Source: Phycisphaerae bacterium
GTDB lineage: Bacteria; Planctomycetota; Phycisphaerae; UBA1845; Fen-1342
Reading direction: 5' to 3'
Length of the DNA: 64,000 nt
Assembly (NCBI GenBank): GCA_963666925.2
Contig: CAXXTC010000005.1
Span: 64,001 to 128,000 of the forward strand
The position numbers and the translations under genes are program-made. Below are positions 41,237 through 54,440 of the stretch, in pieces (the first letter of the stretch is position 1; each line of letters opens with the position of its first letter). The notes below the pieces were generated by a model. It was not told the DNA's origin, did not search any database, and worked only from the letters and a program-made list of their open reading frames with translations.

Positions 41237-42916
41237 TCACGCAGATGGCGTCAGCGCCTGGCGGATCAGGTCAAACAACTGATCGACCTTGAATGGCTTG
41301 AAGAGCACGCCAGCCAGCCCCTCGCGACTGGCGCGTACGATGGAATGCTCCGGATCGTACCCGAACCCGGTAATGAGGATCACCCGGCAATCGAGGTTGG
41401 ATTCGCGGGCGGCGGCAAAAACCTCGTACCCGTTCTTGTAAGGCATCTTGATGTCTGACAGCACCAGGTCGAAATGCTGCGTGTGGATCATCGACACCGC
41501 TTCATCACCGTTGCGTGCCATGACCGTGATAGCGCCAGCCTTCGAAAGCACATCGGCAATTGTCTCGCGGATGATGTCTTCGTCGTCGGCAATCAGCACG
41601 CGGCGATTCTCGATAACCGGGTCGACGGCCGACTCAGCCGTCACCAGTCCCTGCACACCCGAGGCATCCGCCACGCCACGCAGAACGCTTTTGACCCGAT
41701 CAACCGAATCGATGACCTGGTGCAAGCGAGCGCTGGCCTCCTCGGGGACGGATGCGTCTTCGAGCAATTGGGCGGCGGCGAAGACGATATCGTTAAGCGG
41801 CTCGGCCAACTCGGTCTGCACATCGGAAGCTACTTGGCTGGTAGTCTCGTTGCGCTCCACCGCCAGCAGTTTCAACAGGTGCAGCGCCGTCGCGACATAG
41901 CGGCCGAAGATCTCCGCTACCTGCCGATCCTCTTCGCTGAAGGCGTTGATCTGGGCCGACTCGACGTTGAGCACACCGACCACACGCTCGTTGAGACGCA
42001 ACGGCACCGTCAGCGCCGACCAGGCCCCCTCCAGTCCGTGGAGGTAGCGCGGCTCCTGGCTGAGGTCGGGACAGACGAACGACTGGCCCGTGGCGGCAAC
42101 GTAGCCGCTAATGCCGTTGCCTTCGCGCTCGACGTGAATCTCAAGCTGCTTGACCGATTCGGGGAACCCTTCCGACAGCACAACCTCCAGCCGATTGGTA
42201 GCCGGATCAATCACCTGTACCGCGAAGTGATTAAAGTGAAGCAGGTCGCGACAGTGGTTAATGACTTTTTCTTCGAGCAGCCGGAGTCGCTCGGAGACGT
42301 CCAATCGCGCGGTGGCGTCGACGTCGAGCGCGACGAGTTGGCGTCCGGCGGCGTCGATCGCGTCAATCTTGCTGCGCAAGCGCAACATGGCGGTAGTGTC
42401 GCACACGTTGGCAACGCCGCGCTGCGTACCATCCGCGGTAGGCGGCAGCAGCGTCATGCTGGCGTCGAAATAGCGTTCCGGGCCGGCGCAAACGGAACGG
42501 CTCTGGCTGCGTTGCCCGGGTTTTGCATCGGGCACGGCCAGCAACTCGCGCAGCAGGTTGGTGCAGGCCTGGCGAATGGTCTCGGCGGCTGGCTCCTCGA
42601 AGCCGGCAAAGGAAGCGTTAGCCCAGTGGACCCGTCCGGTGTCATCAATGACGCAGACGCCTTGGGCCAGGTGTTCGAGCACGGTATTGCCACCGAGAAG
42701 TTTCGCGTCGCGCGACTCCGTGAGCATTTCCGCCGGGGCGCCGATGACCAAGTCGAAATCGCCCGGCGAGATGGCGGCAGGTGGGCTGCCCTGCTCGTCG
42801 GCAAATACCACCTGGGCAGTGTCGCGCAACTGGTCGAGCAATTGGGCGGCGGCCTCGCGGGCGGGGCCAAGAACGAGGATGCGCAAAGACTGTGCGGGGT
42901 TCACCGGTGTTGCCAT
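41237..42916 (-). CDS. PAS-GAF-receiver signalling protein
   Basis: PAS-like GVCVID...WAN, GAF GISGYVAATG...VPL...VGVLNVES, receiver LIADDE...SDIKMP...KPF. Confidence 0.85.
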   Translation of the reverse strand: MATPVNPAQSLRILVLGPAREAAAQLLDQLRDTAQVVFADEQGSPPAAISPGDFDLVIGAPAEMLTESRDAKLLGGNTVLEHLAQGVCVIDDTGRVHWANASFAGFEEPAAETIRQACTNLLRELLAVPDAKPGQRSQSRSVCAGPERYFDASMTLLPPTADGTQRGVANVCDTTAMLRLRSKIDAIDAAGRQLVALDVDATARLDVSERLRLLEEKVINHCRDLLHFNHFAVQVIDPATNRLEVVLSEGFPESVKQLEIHVEREGNGISGYVAATGQSFVCPDLSQEPRYLHGLEGAWSALTVPLRLNERVVGVLNVESAQINAFSEEDRQVAEIFGRYVATALHLLKLLAVERNETTSQVASDVQTELAEPLNDIVFAAAQLLEDASVPEEASARLHQVIDSVDRVKSVLRGVADASGVQGLVTAESAVDPVIENRRVLIADDEDIIRETIADVLSKAGAITVMARNGDEAVSMIHTQHFDLVLSDIKMPYKNGYEVFAAARESNLDCRVILITGFGYDPEHSIVRASREGLAGVLFKPFKVDQLFDLIRQALTPSA

Positions 42917-43279
42917 AGGACCCTTCGCCGTCAGCCCCCGGGACCGGGGGCGCGAAAAATGCTTATATAACCCAACCGGAGTCGAAATCCAAGAGCGAAC
43001 AGCCGGCAGCACGCGCGAACCGCCGACACCCCGAAACGGGGCATCGCGTTCCGATAAGGCATCATTCCCGCGGTTGTGCAGTGTGATTTCGCCGCACCAA
43101 GACCCTCGGTACGCCAACCGGTGAACAACCGGTCTTGACGCCCATCGACCCCGAGGTCAACATGCCGCCGTCGGCTGACCGATAATGTGGAAGTAGTGGT
43201 TGGCGCGGATATCGGCTGGTCGACGCTCTGGCCAGGCGGCGCAGAGCTTGCCGCGGGTCTCGCCCGATTGGACGTCGGC

Positions 43280-43579
43280 GTGACAGAGCACCGAAAGAAT
43301 GACAACGAATCACGCCAGGGTTGGTCTCCCGTATACCGCTATGCCGGCATGGGGCTCGAACTGGGCGCCGCGATTACCGGGTTCACGCTCGTGGGAGTGT
43401 GGGCCGACTATCATCTCGGCACCCGGCCGACCGGCGTGATTGTCGGCGTGATTCTCGGCACCGTCGGCGGATTGTACAACTTCATCCGCGAAGCGTTGGC
43501 GCTCAGCCGACAACAGAGCAAACCAACAACGAAACCCGGAGACGCGGACAGGCGTGACAATCATCGCCCCAAAAGCTGA
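43280..43579 (+). CDS. AtpZ/AtpI family protein
   Basis: GMGLELGAAI..FTLVG.WAD..LGT.P...G..GGLYN; first gene of the atp operon; start uncertain. Confidence 0.82.
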   Translation: MTEHRKNDNESRQGWSPVYRYAGMGLELGAAITGFTLVGVWADYHLGTRPTGVIVGVILGTVGGLYNFIREALALSRQQSKPTTKPGDADRRDNHRPKS

Positions 43580-43985
43580 TCCTCAGCCGCGGCGTGAGTT
43601 CCTGCGATTGGAACTACTCTCACTCGGGAGCGCCGCCGGCATTTTACTAATCGGGTTCCTGCCCACTCGATCGCTCGGAGGCGGGCCGGCCGTGCTAGGC
43701 ATGCTGGTGGGCGTGGGCATCGCGCTGGTGGGCACCCTGGCTGGCCTGGTCCCCCCCCTCCTATCCCTGAACCAACCCGCCCAACAGCGCCAACAGGCCC
43801 TGCTACTGGGCATGGGTGCACGCTTCCTGATCACCCTGGTCATGCTGCTCGCGATCGTGCTCGGCACTCCCGTGGACCGCCTGTCCGTCGCGATCTGGAC
43901 CGCTCTGGCCTACCTGGTTCTGCTGGCCGTCGACGTAGCCGCCCTGGCTAACCTGCTCAACCGTGCCCCGAGGAGTGCATCGTGA
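43554..43985 (+). CDS. atpI: ATP synthase protein I-like membrane protein
   Basis: Four TM segments, G...RFL motif, position between atpZ and atpB. Confidence 0.65.
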   Translation: MTIIAPKADPQPRREFLRLELLSLGSAAGILLIGFLPTRSLGGGPAVLGMLVGVGIALVGTLAGLVPPLLSLNQPAQQRQQALLLGMGARFLITLVMLLAIVLGTPVDRLSVAIWTALAYLVLLAVDVAALANLLNRAPRSAS

Positions 43986-44881
43986 ACGACTTCCTGCTGG
44001 CGTCAGCAAACCCCATGACGCACGTGGTGCAACACCGGCTGTTCGCGCCGGAGACGGGCGGCCCCTGGCCCTTCGACCACTTCACGATCCTCTCCAACCA
44101 GATCATCATGCAGGTGATCGCCGCCCTGATCGTGCTGATCATCCTGCCCCGCGCGCTGGCTCGACGCTCCGGAACCGACCCGATCGGCCGACTAATCTAT
44201 CGCGGCTTCGGCCACGCCATCGAGGGGATGTGCGAGGGGCTGCGACAACACGTCGCCCAGCCCGCTCTGGGGCCCTACACCGACCGCTTCGTCCCCTACA
44301 TCTGGTCGGCCTTCTTCTTCGTGCTGACCTGCAACCTGCTCGGGCTCGTTCCCCTGGCAGACTGGTTCTCGTTCGTCCCCGGGCACGCCATCGGCGGCAC
44401 CTCGACCGGCAACGTCATGGTCACCGCCGCCCTGGCGATCTGCACGCTCGGTATGATCGTCGTCAACGGCCTGCGGATTCATGGCCTGGGCTACGTGAAA
44501 CACTTTTTCATGGGGCCCCCGGGCCTGAACGTGTTCATCGCCCTGCTCGAAGTGATCGGGCTTCTCGCCAAGACGTTCGCGCTGGCCATGCGTTTGTTCT
44601 CCAACATGGTGGCCGGCCACGTACTGCTGGCCGTCCTGCTGAGCTTCGTGGGAATGGCCTGGAGCGGGCTGGGAGCCGTGGGCGGCATCGCCATCGCCAT
44701 CCCGGTAATCCTCGGCAGCATCGCGATCAACTTCCTTGAGCTGTTCGTCGCGTTCCTGCAAGCGTTCATCTTCACGTTCCTGACCGCGATGTTCATCGGC
44801 CAGGCCGTCAATATTCACCACGAGGAACATGAACACGAACCTGGGGCCGAGGCGGCCCCGGCGGCCGAAGCCGCCCATTAA
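43982..44881 (+). CDS. atpB: ATP synthase Fo subunit a
   Basis: NLLGLVP, ALAMRLFSNMVAGH, ELFVAFLQAFIF. Confidence 0.95.
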   Translation: MNDFLLASANPMTHVVQHRLFAPETGGPWPFDHFTILSNQIIMQVIAALIVLIILPRALARRSGTDPIGRLIYRGFGHAIEGMCEGLRQHVAQPALGPYTDRFVPYIWSAFFFVLTCNLLGLVPLADWFSFVPGHAIGGTSTGNVMVTAALAICTLGMIVVNGLRIHGLGYVKHFFMGPPGLNVFIALLEVIGLLAKTFALAMRLFSNMVAGHVLLAVLLSFVGMAWSGLGAVGGIAIAIPVILGSIAINFLELFVAFLQAFIFTFLTAMFIGQAVNIHHEEHEHEPGAEAAPAAEAAH

Positions 44882-45072
44882 CTGACACCACGAGCTGCCA
44901 ACCGGCGCCGTCGGCATTTGTCCGGTGGGCCCGGCAGCGTTGAAAACCCGGAGATCATTGAGCGCCAGGCCCGGCAAGTGGGGTAAAGGGTCAAGAACAC
45001 GCGCTGGCGCTGATCGACAGAACCCGCAGGGCGTCCCCGCCGCCCAACCAACGGTACGAAAGGACTCGAACA

Positions 45073-45426
45073 ATGAAGCAGTTGCGCAACTGGCTGGCCA
45101 TCGGAATGATCGTTCTCGGCTTCGGATTGGTCGGCGCGGACGCTGCCTTCGCAGCGGACGGAGACGAGCACGGCACGGAAGTAACCAGCAGCAGCATGTT
45201 TGGTGACGCCGGCCTGAAGGGCCTCGGCGCCGCCATCGGCGCCGGTCTGGTCGTAATGGGTGGAGCGGCCGGCATCGGTCGCATCGGCGGCAGCGCCGTC
45301 GAGTCGATGGCCCGCCAGCCCGAGGCCAGCGGAACTATCAACACCGCCATGCTCATTACGGCGGCCATGGTCGAGGGTGCCACCCTCTTCGCCGTCGTGC
45401 TCTGTCTGCTGGTCATCATTCTCTAA
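45073..45426 (+). CDS. atpE: ATP synthase Fo subunit c with N-terminal signal-like extension
   Basis: GAGL...GAAGIG, ARQPE loop, AAMVEG carboxylate. Confidence 0.95.
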   Translation: MKQLRNWLAIGMIVLGFGLVGADAAFAADGDEHGTEVTSSSMFGDAGLKGLGAAIGAGLVVMGGAAGIGRIGGSAVESMARQPEASGTINTAMLITAAMVEGATLFAVVLCLLVIIL

Positions 45427-45488
45427 CTCTGAGCCGAGCAAGTCGCGGGCGCCCCGGCTCGCGCTGCCCCGGCGGGAAGGAGAATCCC

Positions 45489-46072
45489 GTGCACAAGCGG
45501 CACTACGTGGTGCTGGCAGCCACACTCGGCCCGGCGCTTCCTGCGCTGGCCACCGATGCGGACGCCGTTCCCTTTAACGCCGACGTGGGCAACTTCATCA
45601 TCACGCTGCTGATTTTCGGCACCGTGGTGTACCTGTTGGGTAAGCTGGCGTGGAGGCCGCTGCTCAACGTGCTGCACGAGCGCGAAGACGCCATCCGCGG
45701 CCAGATCGAGTCGGCCCAAAAGGAACGCGCCGAGGCGGCCAAGCTGCTTGATGAATATAAACAGCAAGTCGCCAACGCCCGCGCGGAAGCCACCGCCCTC
45801 GTCGAGGAAGGTCGGCGCGACGCGGAACAGGTCGGCCGCAAAATCCAGGAGGAAGCGCGGGCTGAGTCGGATCGGCTGCTTGAACGAGCCCGGCGCGAGA
45901 TTCGCGTAGCAACCGAGTCGGCGGTGAAAGAGCTGTACGACCAGACCGCCGACTTGGCGGTGCGGGTAGCGGGCAACATCATCCGCAAGGAAGTCTCGCC
46001 GAGCAGCATCGCGAACTGATCGCGCGTTCGCTGGAAGAAATGCGGGCCCAGCGGCCAACCAGCATGAACTGA
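45489..46072 (+). CDS. atpF: ATP synthase Fo subunit b; apparent 1-nt frameshift near 46000 (in-frame stop 46019, alternate frame ends 46072)
   Basis: KLAWRPLL..L.ERE..I then coiled coil; the shifted frame gives EQHRELIARSLEEM, a typical subunit b tail. Confidence 0.88.
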
Positions 46073-46100
46073 TCGCATCCGCGAAACGCGGGAGGCATAT

Positions 46101-46730
46101 ATGCCGCAGGAATTTGATCCGGCTCTGGCAATCGCCGACGTCTATGCCGCCGCCCTGCACAGCCTGGCGAGCCAGCAACAGCTCGTCGATGACCTGCAGG
46201 CCGAGTTGGACGAGTTGGCCGACCTACTGGAGCATGACGAACAGATAGCGCGTTTCTTCTCCGCGGAGTCGATCAAGGCGGACGAGCGTGCCAAGAGCCT
46301 CGAACAGATCTTCCGCGGGCGCATCGGCGACCTGGTTCTGAACACGCTGCTGGTGATGAACGAGAATGGGCGGGTCGGGCTGGTGCCGCAGTTACGCCGG
46401 GCGTTCGAACTCCGCGCCGAGGCGGCGCGCGGCCAGATCGAGGTCACCGCCACCAGTGCGGTCGAGTTGGACGCGCCGCAGCGGATGGCCGTGGCCGAGG
46501 TGGCCGCCCGGCTGGCCGGCAAACAGCCACTCGTACATTACGAGGTGGACGCGGAGATTGTTGGGGGACTGATTCTCGAGATCGGCGACCAGCGCTATGA
46601 CAATTCGCTGCGACGCCATTTGCAGTTGGCTCACGAGAAACTGACCGAGCGAAGCAATCGTGGCCTCAACATCGGCCTGGCGAACGTGGATACGCTCACC
46701 AGACCGGACGACAACGAGGCCCAGGGCTGA
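46101..46730 (+). CDS. atpH: ATP synthase F1 subunit delta
   Basis: YAAAL, TSAVEL, VD..IVGGLIL.IGD..YDNS. Confidence 0.92.
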   Translation: MPQEFDPALAIADVYAAALHSLASQQQLVDDLQAELDELADLLEHDEQIARFFSAESIKADERAKSLEQIFRGRIGDLVLNTLLVMNENGRVGLVPQLRRAFELRAEAARGQIEVTATSAVELDAPQRMAVAEVAARLAGKQPLVHYEVDAEIVGGLILEIGDQRYDNSLRRHLQLAHEKLTERSNRGLNIGLANVDTLTRPDDNEAQG

Positions 46731-46766
46731 TAGCCGGCCGACCCAGCCGGCGCGGAGAACCGCAGC

Positions 46767-50783
<4,017 letters not shown>

Positions 50784-50800
50784 CCCCCGCGCGGGAAAGC

Positions 50801-50836
50801 CCCGAAAACCACTGCTCTTGAGCAGTGGTTTTCGGG
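50801..50836. terminator. Perfect 17-bp inverted repeat (REP-derived, probable bidirectional terminator)
   Basis: cccgaaaaccactgctc-tt-gagcagtggttttcggg between convergent atpD and the ABC permease. Its core is the reverse complement of the 26903-26920 element. Confidence 0.75.
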
Positions 50837-50926
50837 ATCACAGCTCAGGCTGAATAGCGCACAGTACCGTCCGAAACGAACCCGCCCCGCGTCCGCTCAT
50901 GTTCGATCGACGCGAGGCGTTCTTTG

Positions 50927-51790
50927 TTATCCCTTCACCGCACCGAGCTGCAAACCGCCGACGAATTGTCGCTGGGCCGCGAAGAACAGCACGATGCACG
51001 GCAGCATCGTCACGATGCTGGCCGCCATCAGCCAGTGCGCATCGCGGAAGTCGCCGTACTGGTTCTTGAACGAGTTCAGCGCGACGGCCAGCGTCATCTG
51101 ATCCTCGCTGTGCAGGTAGATCAGCGGGGCCAGGAAATCGTTCCAGACGAAGATGAACACGAAGATGGCCGTGATCGCTATCACCGGCCGGCACATCGGC
51201 AGCATGATCCGCCACCAGATCCCGACGTGGCCGCAGCCGTCGATCCGCGCCGCCTCGACCAGCGCCTCGGGCACCTGGGCGAAGAACTGGCGGAACATGA
51301 AGATATAAAACGGCGTGCCGAAGAACAGCGGCACAACCAGCGGCAACAGCGTGTCGATCCAGCCGAACCAGCGAAACAGGATAAACATTGGGATCATCGT
51401 GACCTGCGGCGGCAGCATCATAGTGGAGATCATCAGCACGAACAGGCCGTTGCGTCCGCGGAACCGCAGCCGGGCAAACGCATAACCCACCAGGCTGCAC
51501 GACAACACTTGTCCGATAACGCACAGCACGGTAACGACCACGGTGTTGCTGAACGCGTCGATGAAGCCATACCAGGGCTCGCTGCCCATCGCCCGCAACG
51601 CATCGGGATAGTTGTGCCAATTGCCAGAATCGGGCCACCAGTTGAAATCCGCCGCACTGGTGGCGGCCGCACTGGCCTCGGCCGGCGTCGAGAAACTCAC
51701 GCACACCATCCACCACAACGGAAACAGCATAACGATGCTGCCGAGGATCAGGACGGCGTACAGCGCTGCGGTCTTGAGTTTCATACGCAT
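50927..51790 (-). CDS. Carbohydrate ABC transporter permease (MalG-like)
   Basis: GYAFARLRF, EAARIDG, IMLP...P, WNDFL.PL. Confidence 0.93.
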   Translation of the reverse strand: MRMKLKTAALYAVLILGSIVMLFPLWWMVCVSFSTPAEASAAATSAADFNWWPDSGNWHNYPDALRAMGSEPWYGFIDAFSNTVVVTVLCVIGQVLSCSLVGYAFARLRFRGRNGLFVLMISTMMLPPQVTMIPMFILFRWFGWIDTLLPLVVPLFFGTPFYIFMFRQFFAQVPEALVEAARIDGCGHVGIWWRIMLPMCRPVIAITAIFVFIFVWNDFLAPLIYLHSEDQMTLAVALNSFKNQYGDFRDAHWLMAASIVTMLPCIVLFFAAQRQFVGGLQLGAVKG

Positions 51791-51966
51791 GTTCCTGCGC
51801 TGGCGCTTGAGAGGATCGAGGATCGAGGATCGAGGGGCGCGGGTTGGGCGGCGGGCAAACTACAGCGTTCGTCGGCAGGAACTTCGCGCGTCAGGGCGTA
51901 GATGCGCTTACACATCGCAAATGCCCGCTGCCAAACTTCGAGGCTCTGATATCCGCGCAACGCCAT
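51781..51966 (-). pseudogene. Truncated four-helix-bundle protein (23S rRNA IVP / Avd-like family)
   Basis: MALRGYQSLEVWQRAFAMCKRIYALTREVPADERCSL matches the family N-terminus (..L.VWQ.A......Y.LT..FP..E.Y.L), then runs into a heptamer repeat. Confidence 0.75.
51811..51835. repeat. (GAGGATC)x3.5 heptamer tandem repeat, with an inverted copy at ~51968-51977
   Basis: gaggatc gaggatc gaggatc gagg; cctcgatcct lies just upstream of the four-helix-bundle start. Confidence 0.85.
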
Positions 51967-51975
51967 CCCTCGATC

Positions 51976-54351
51976 CTACTTAAGTGCCTCGTAGTACACG
52001 AATTTCCGCGTGCCGCGCATGATCAACAGTGTCAGGCCCAGGATGATCAACAGCAGCAGCCACGCCATTGCCGACGCGTAGCCCATTTCGTGCAGATCGA
52101 ACGCCTTGTTGTACAGGTATAGCACGTAGAACCGCGTCGCATCGCCCGGACCGCCGGCCGTCATCACGTACGCCTGCGTGAAGATCTGGAACGACGCGAT
52201 CACTGCCATGATCGTGTTGAAGAAGATTACCGGACTCAGCATCGGCAGCATCACGTGCCGAACGCGATGGCGCCAGGTGGCCCCGTCAATCTCGGCCGCC
52301 TCGTACAGCTCGCGCGAGATCCCCTTCAGACCCGCGAGGTAGATCATCATGCTGCCCCCGACCATCCAGAAGTTCAAAATAACGAACGCCGGCACGGCCC
52401 ACGTGTCCGCATCGCGCTCAAACCAGCGCGGCGGCGGCGCACCAAAGGGCTCCAGGAACGGCGCCAGCAGGCCGTTGAGCATCCCATCCTCATGATGAAA
52501 CACCCACTTCCACAGAATCGATATCGCCACGCCCGCCAGCACGCTCGGCAAATACCACGCAGCCCGGAAGAAGCGAATCCCCGGCACCTCCGCGTTCATC
52601 AGCATCGCCGCCAGAAGCGCCGCCAACTGCCCCAGCGGCACCGCCAGCGCCGCGTACCACACCGTCACCCACAGCGACTTGCGGAAGGTCGCGTCGAGGA
52701 AGAGCTGTTGGGCATTGCCCGCACCGACCCACTCGGCATGATCGAGCGTCGCCAGCCCGCTCCAGTTCGTAAACGCCAGCAACAGCGACAACACCACGGG
52801 AAAGGCCGTGAATGCCAGGAAGCCGACAACCCACGGGCTGACCATACCGAGCCCGGCCAGCTCCTCGCGAAAGGCAATCCGCGCGGGCCGATGGCGCCAC
52901 CAGAACAGCGCCCCCACCGCGATCAATAGCAGGATCGGCAACCCCAGAATCAGGCCTACGTTCAGCCACGGCATCTGCGGGTGTTCGCCCCTCAGCACGT
53001 CGTTCCTGCGATATTCGGTCCACTCTTCCTGCACGTCGGCCAGCACCGCCGCCGTCGGCCGCTCCCCGATCTTGAAAACCTCCTCCATCCGCTTGCGCAG
53101 CTTGTCGAGGTATTTCGGGTCGGCGGGCCAGTCGATCGGCCGCGCTACGGGCACCATGTTCAGGTAGACCTGGTCGTTGGTCGGCTTCTGGTCCGGGTCG
53201 GCGAATGACGGGCTCTCCGCGACACTGATCATCGACGGGATCGCGAGCCCCTGCTCGGCCACCAGCCGCTGACCCTCCGGGCCGCTCAGGAAACGCACCA
53301 GCAGCCAGGCTTCCTCGGGGTATTTCGTGTCGGCCGACATGGCCCAGGCCGACGTAAACGCCCCATTCACCGGCGGATGTCCCTCCGCCTGCGGGAAAGG
53401 TGCGAAATCCCAGTCGAAGTCCTCGATCAGACGGTATACGGGGACTTTCCAACGTCCGAACGGCCCCGCCAGCCCGATCCGTCCCGAGAGGAACGGATCT
53501 TCGCCGGTTTCAAGCTGCGTCTTGGCGCTGCGCAAGGCGCGCGTGTCCTCTTCGAACCAGCCGCGCAGTCGATTGAGCACCTCGACCAGCCGCGGCTGGG
53601 TGAAATCGAACGTCTCGAACCGGTCATACGTGAAGTCGACGCCGTGCGACCAGCAGAACAGCCGTAACATCGGCTCCCAGGTGACAAAATCCGCCCCGTA
53701 GCAGCCGTCGAGCTGCCCGACTTGGCGGGCCGCGTCGATGAACTGATCCCAGGTCCAGCCGGTGGCCGGCGGCAGCGGAACGCCCGCCCGCGCGAACAGG
53801 TCCTTGTTGTAATAGAACCCGACGGTCGTGAAATCCTTCGCGATCGCGTAGAGCGGGCCGGCGCCGATCGCCTGCCCATCGAACCGATACGTATCGATGA
53901 TGTTCGTGTAATAATCGTCGAGCCTGAACGCGTCCGGATCGCCGGCCTGCACATCCCGTTCGATGAGCGGATCCAGCGGGGCCAACAGGCCCTTGTCCGC
54001 CCAGCCGGCGACCTTCTCATAGCCGACCTGGAACACGTCCGGCGGCCCCCCCGCCGCAACCATGGTCTGGATCTTGGTCGTGACCGCGTCGGACCCGCCC
54101 GGGTGAATTCGCTCGACGCGGATATTGGGGTACTTTTTGTGGAACCCCTCAAGCACATGCACCACGATCGCCGCCTCGCGATCGTCCCCCCAGTGGACCA
54201 GTTGCAAACTTACCTGGCCCTCTTTCAGCCGCTCCTGCCGCAATGGCCGCGTCCCCACCCAGAAAAACGACGCCGCCACAATGACCACCGCCACCACGAT
54301 CGTGATCCAGCGCAGGGTCGTAGCGATATGTCGGTAGATCCGGGTTATCAA
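51976..54351 (-). CDS. Fused sugar-binding protein (family 1) + ABC permease (MalE-MalF-like fusion)
   Basis: N-terminal TM, SBP motifs (GGPPDVF, FYYNKDLF, WTWDQF), then permease (SPWVVGF, LYEAAEIDGA, MGYASAMAW). Confidence 0.9.
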   Translation of the reverse strand: MITRIYRHIATTLRWITIVVAVVIVAASFFWVGTRPLRQERLKEGQVSLQLVHWGDDREAAIVVHVLEGFHKKYPNIRVERIHPGGSDAVTTKIQTMVAAGGPPDVFQVGYEKVAGWADKGLLAPLDPLIERDVQAGDPDAFRLDDYYTNIIDTYRFDGQAIGAGPLYAIAKDFTTVGFYYNKDLFARAGVPLPPATGWTWDQFIDAARQVGQLDGCYGADFVTWEPMLRLFCWSHGVDFTYDRFETFDFTQPRLVEVLNRLRGWFEEDTRALRSAKTQLETGEDPFLSGRIGLAGPFGRWKVPVYRLIEDFDWDFAPFPQAEGHPPVNGAFTSAWAMSADTKYPEEAWLLVRFLSGPEGQRLVAEQGLAIPSMISVAESPSFADPDQKPTNDQVYLNMVPVARPIDWPADPKYLDKLRKRMEEVFKIGERPTAAVLADVQEEWTEYRRNDVLRGEHPQMPWLNVGLILGLPILLLIAVGALFWWRHRPARIAFREELAGLGMVSPWVVGFLAFTAFPVVLSLLLAFTNWSGLATLDHAEWVGAGNAQQLFLDATFRKSLWVTVWYAALAVPLGQLAALLAAMLMNAEVPGIRFFRAAWYLPSVLAGVAISILWKWVFHHEDGMLNGLLAPFLEPFGAPPPRWFERDADTWAVPAFVILNFWMVGGSMMIYLAGLKGISRELYEAAEIDGATWRHRVRHVMLPMLSPVIFFNTIMAVIASFQIFTQAYVMTAGGPGDATRFYVLYLYNKAFDLHEMGYASAMAWLLLLIILGLTLLIMRGTRKFVYYEALK

Positions 54352-54440
54352 GCCACACCGTCTTGCCGCAGCGAGTTGCGACCGCCAGTTATGACAGCGA
54401 AGCGGGTGTACGGCCGCAAAACTTCAGTATAATCCGCGTC

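Noticed and set aside
51811..51835. CRISPR array
   Set aside because: Only a 7-bp tandem repeat without spacers; no cas genes in the window.
51781..51966. Diversity-generating retroelement (Avd-like gene)
   Set aside because: No reverse transcriptase or TR/VR pair is visible in the window.
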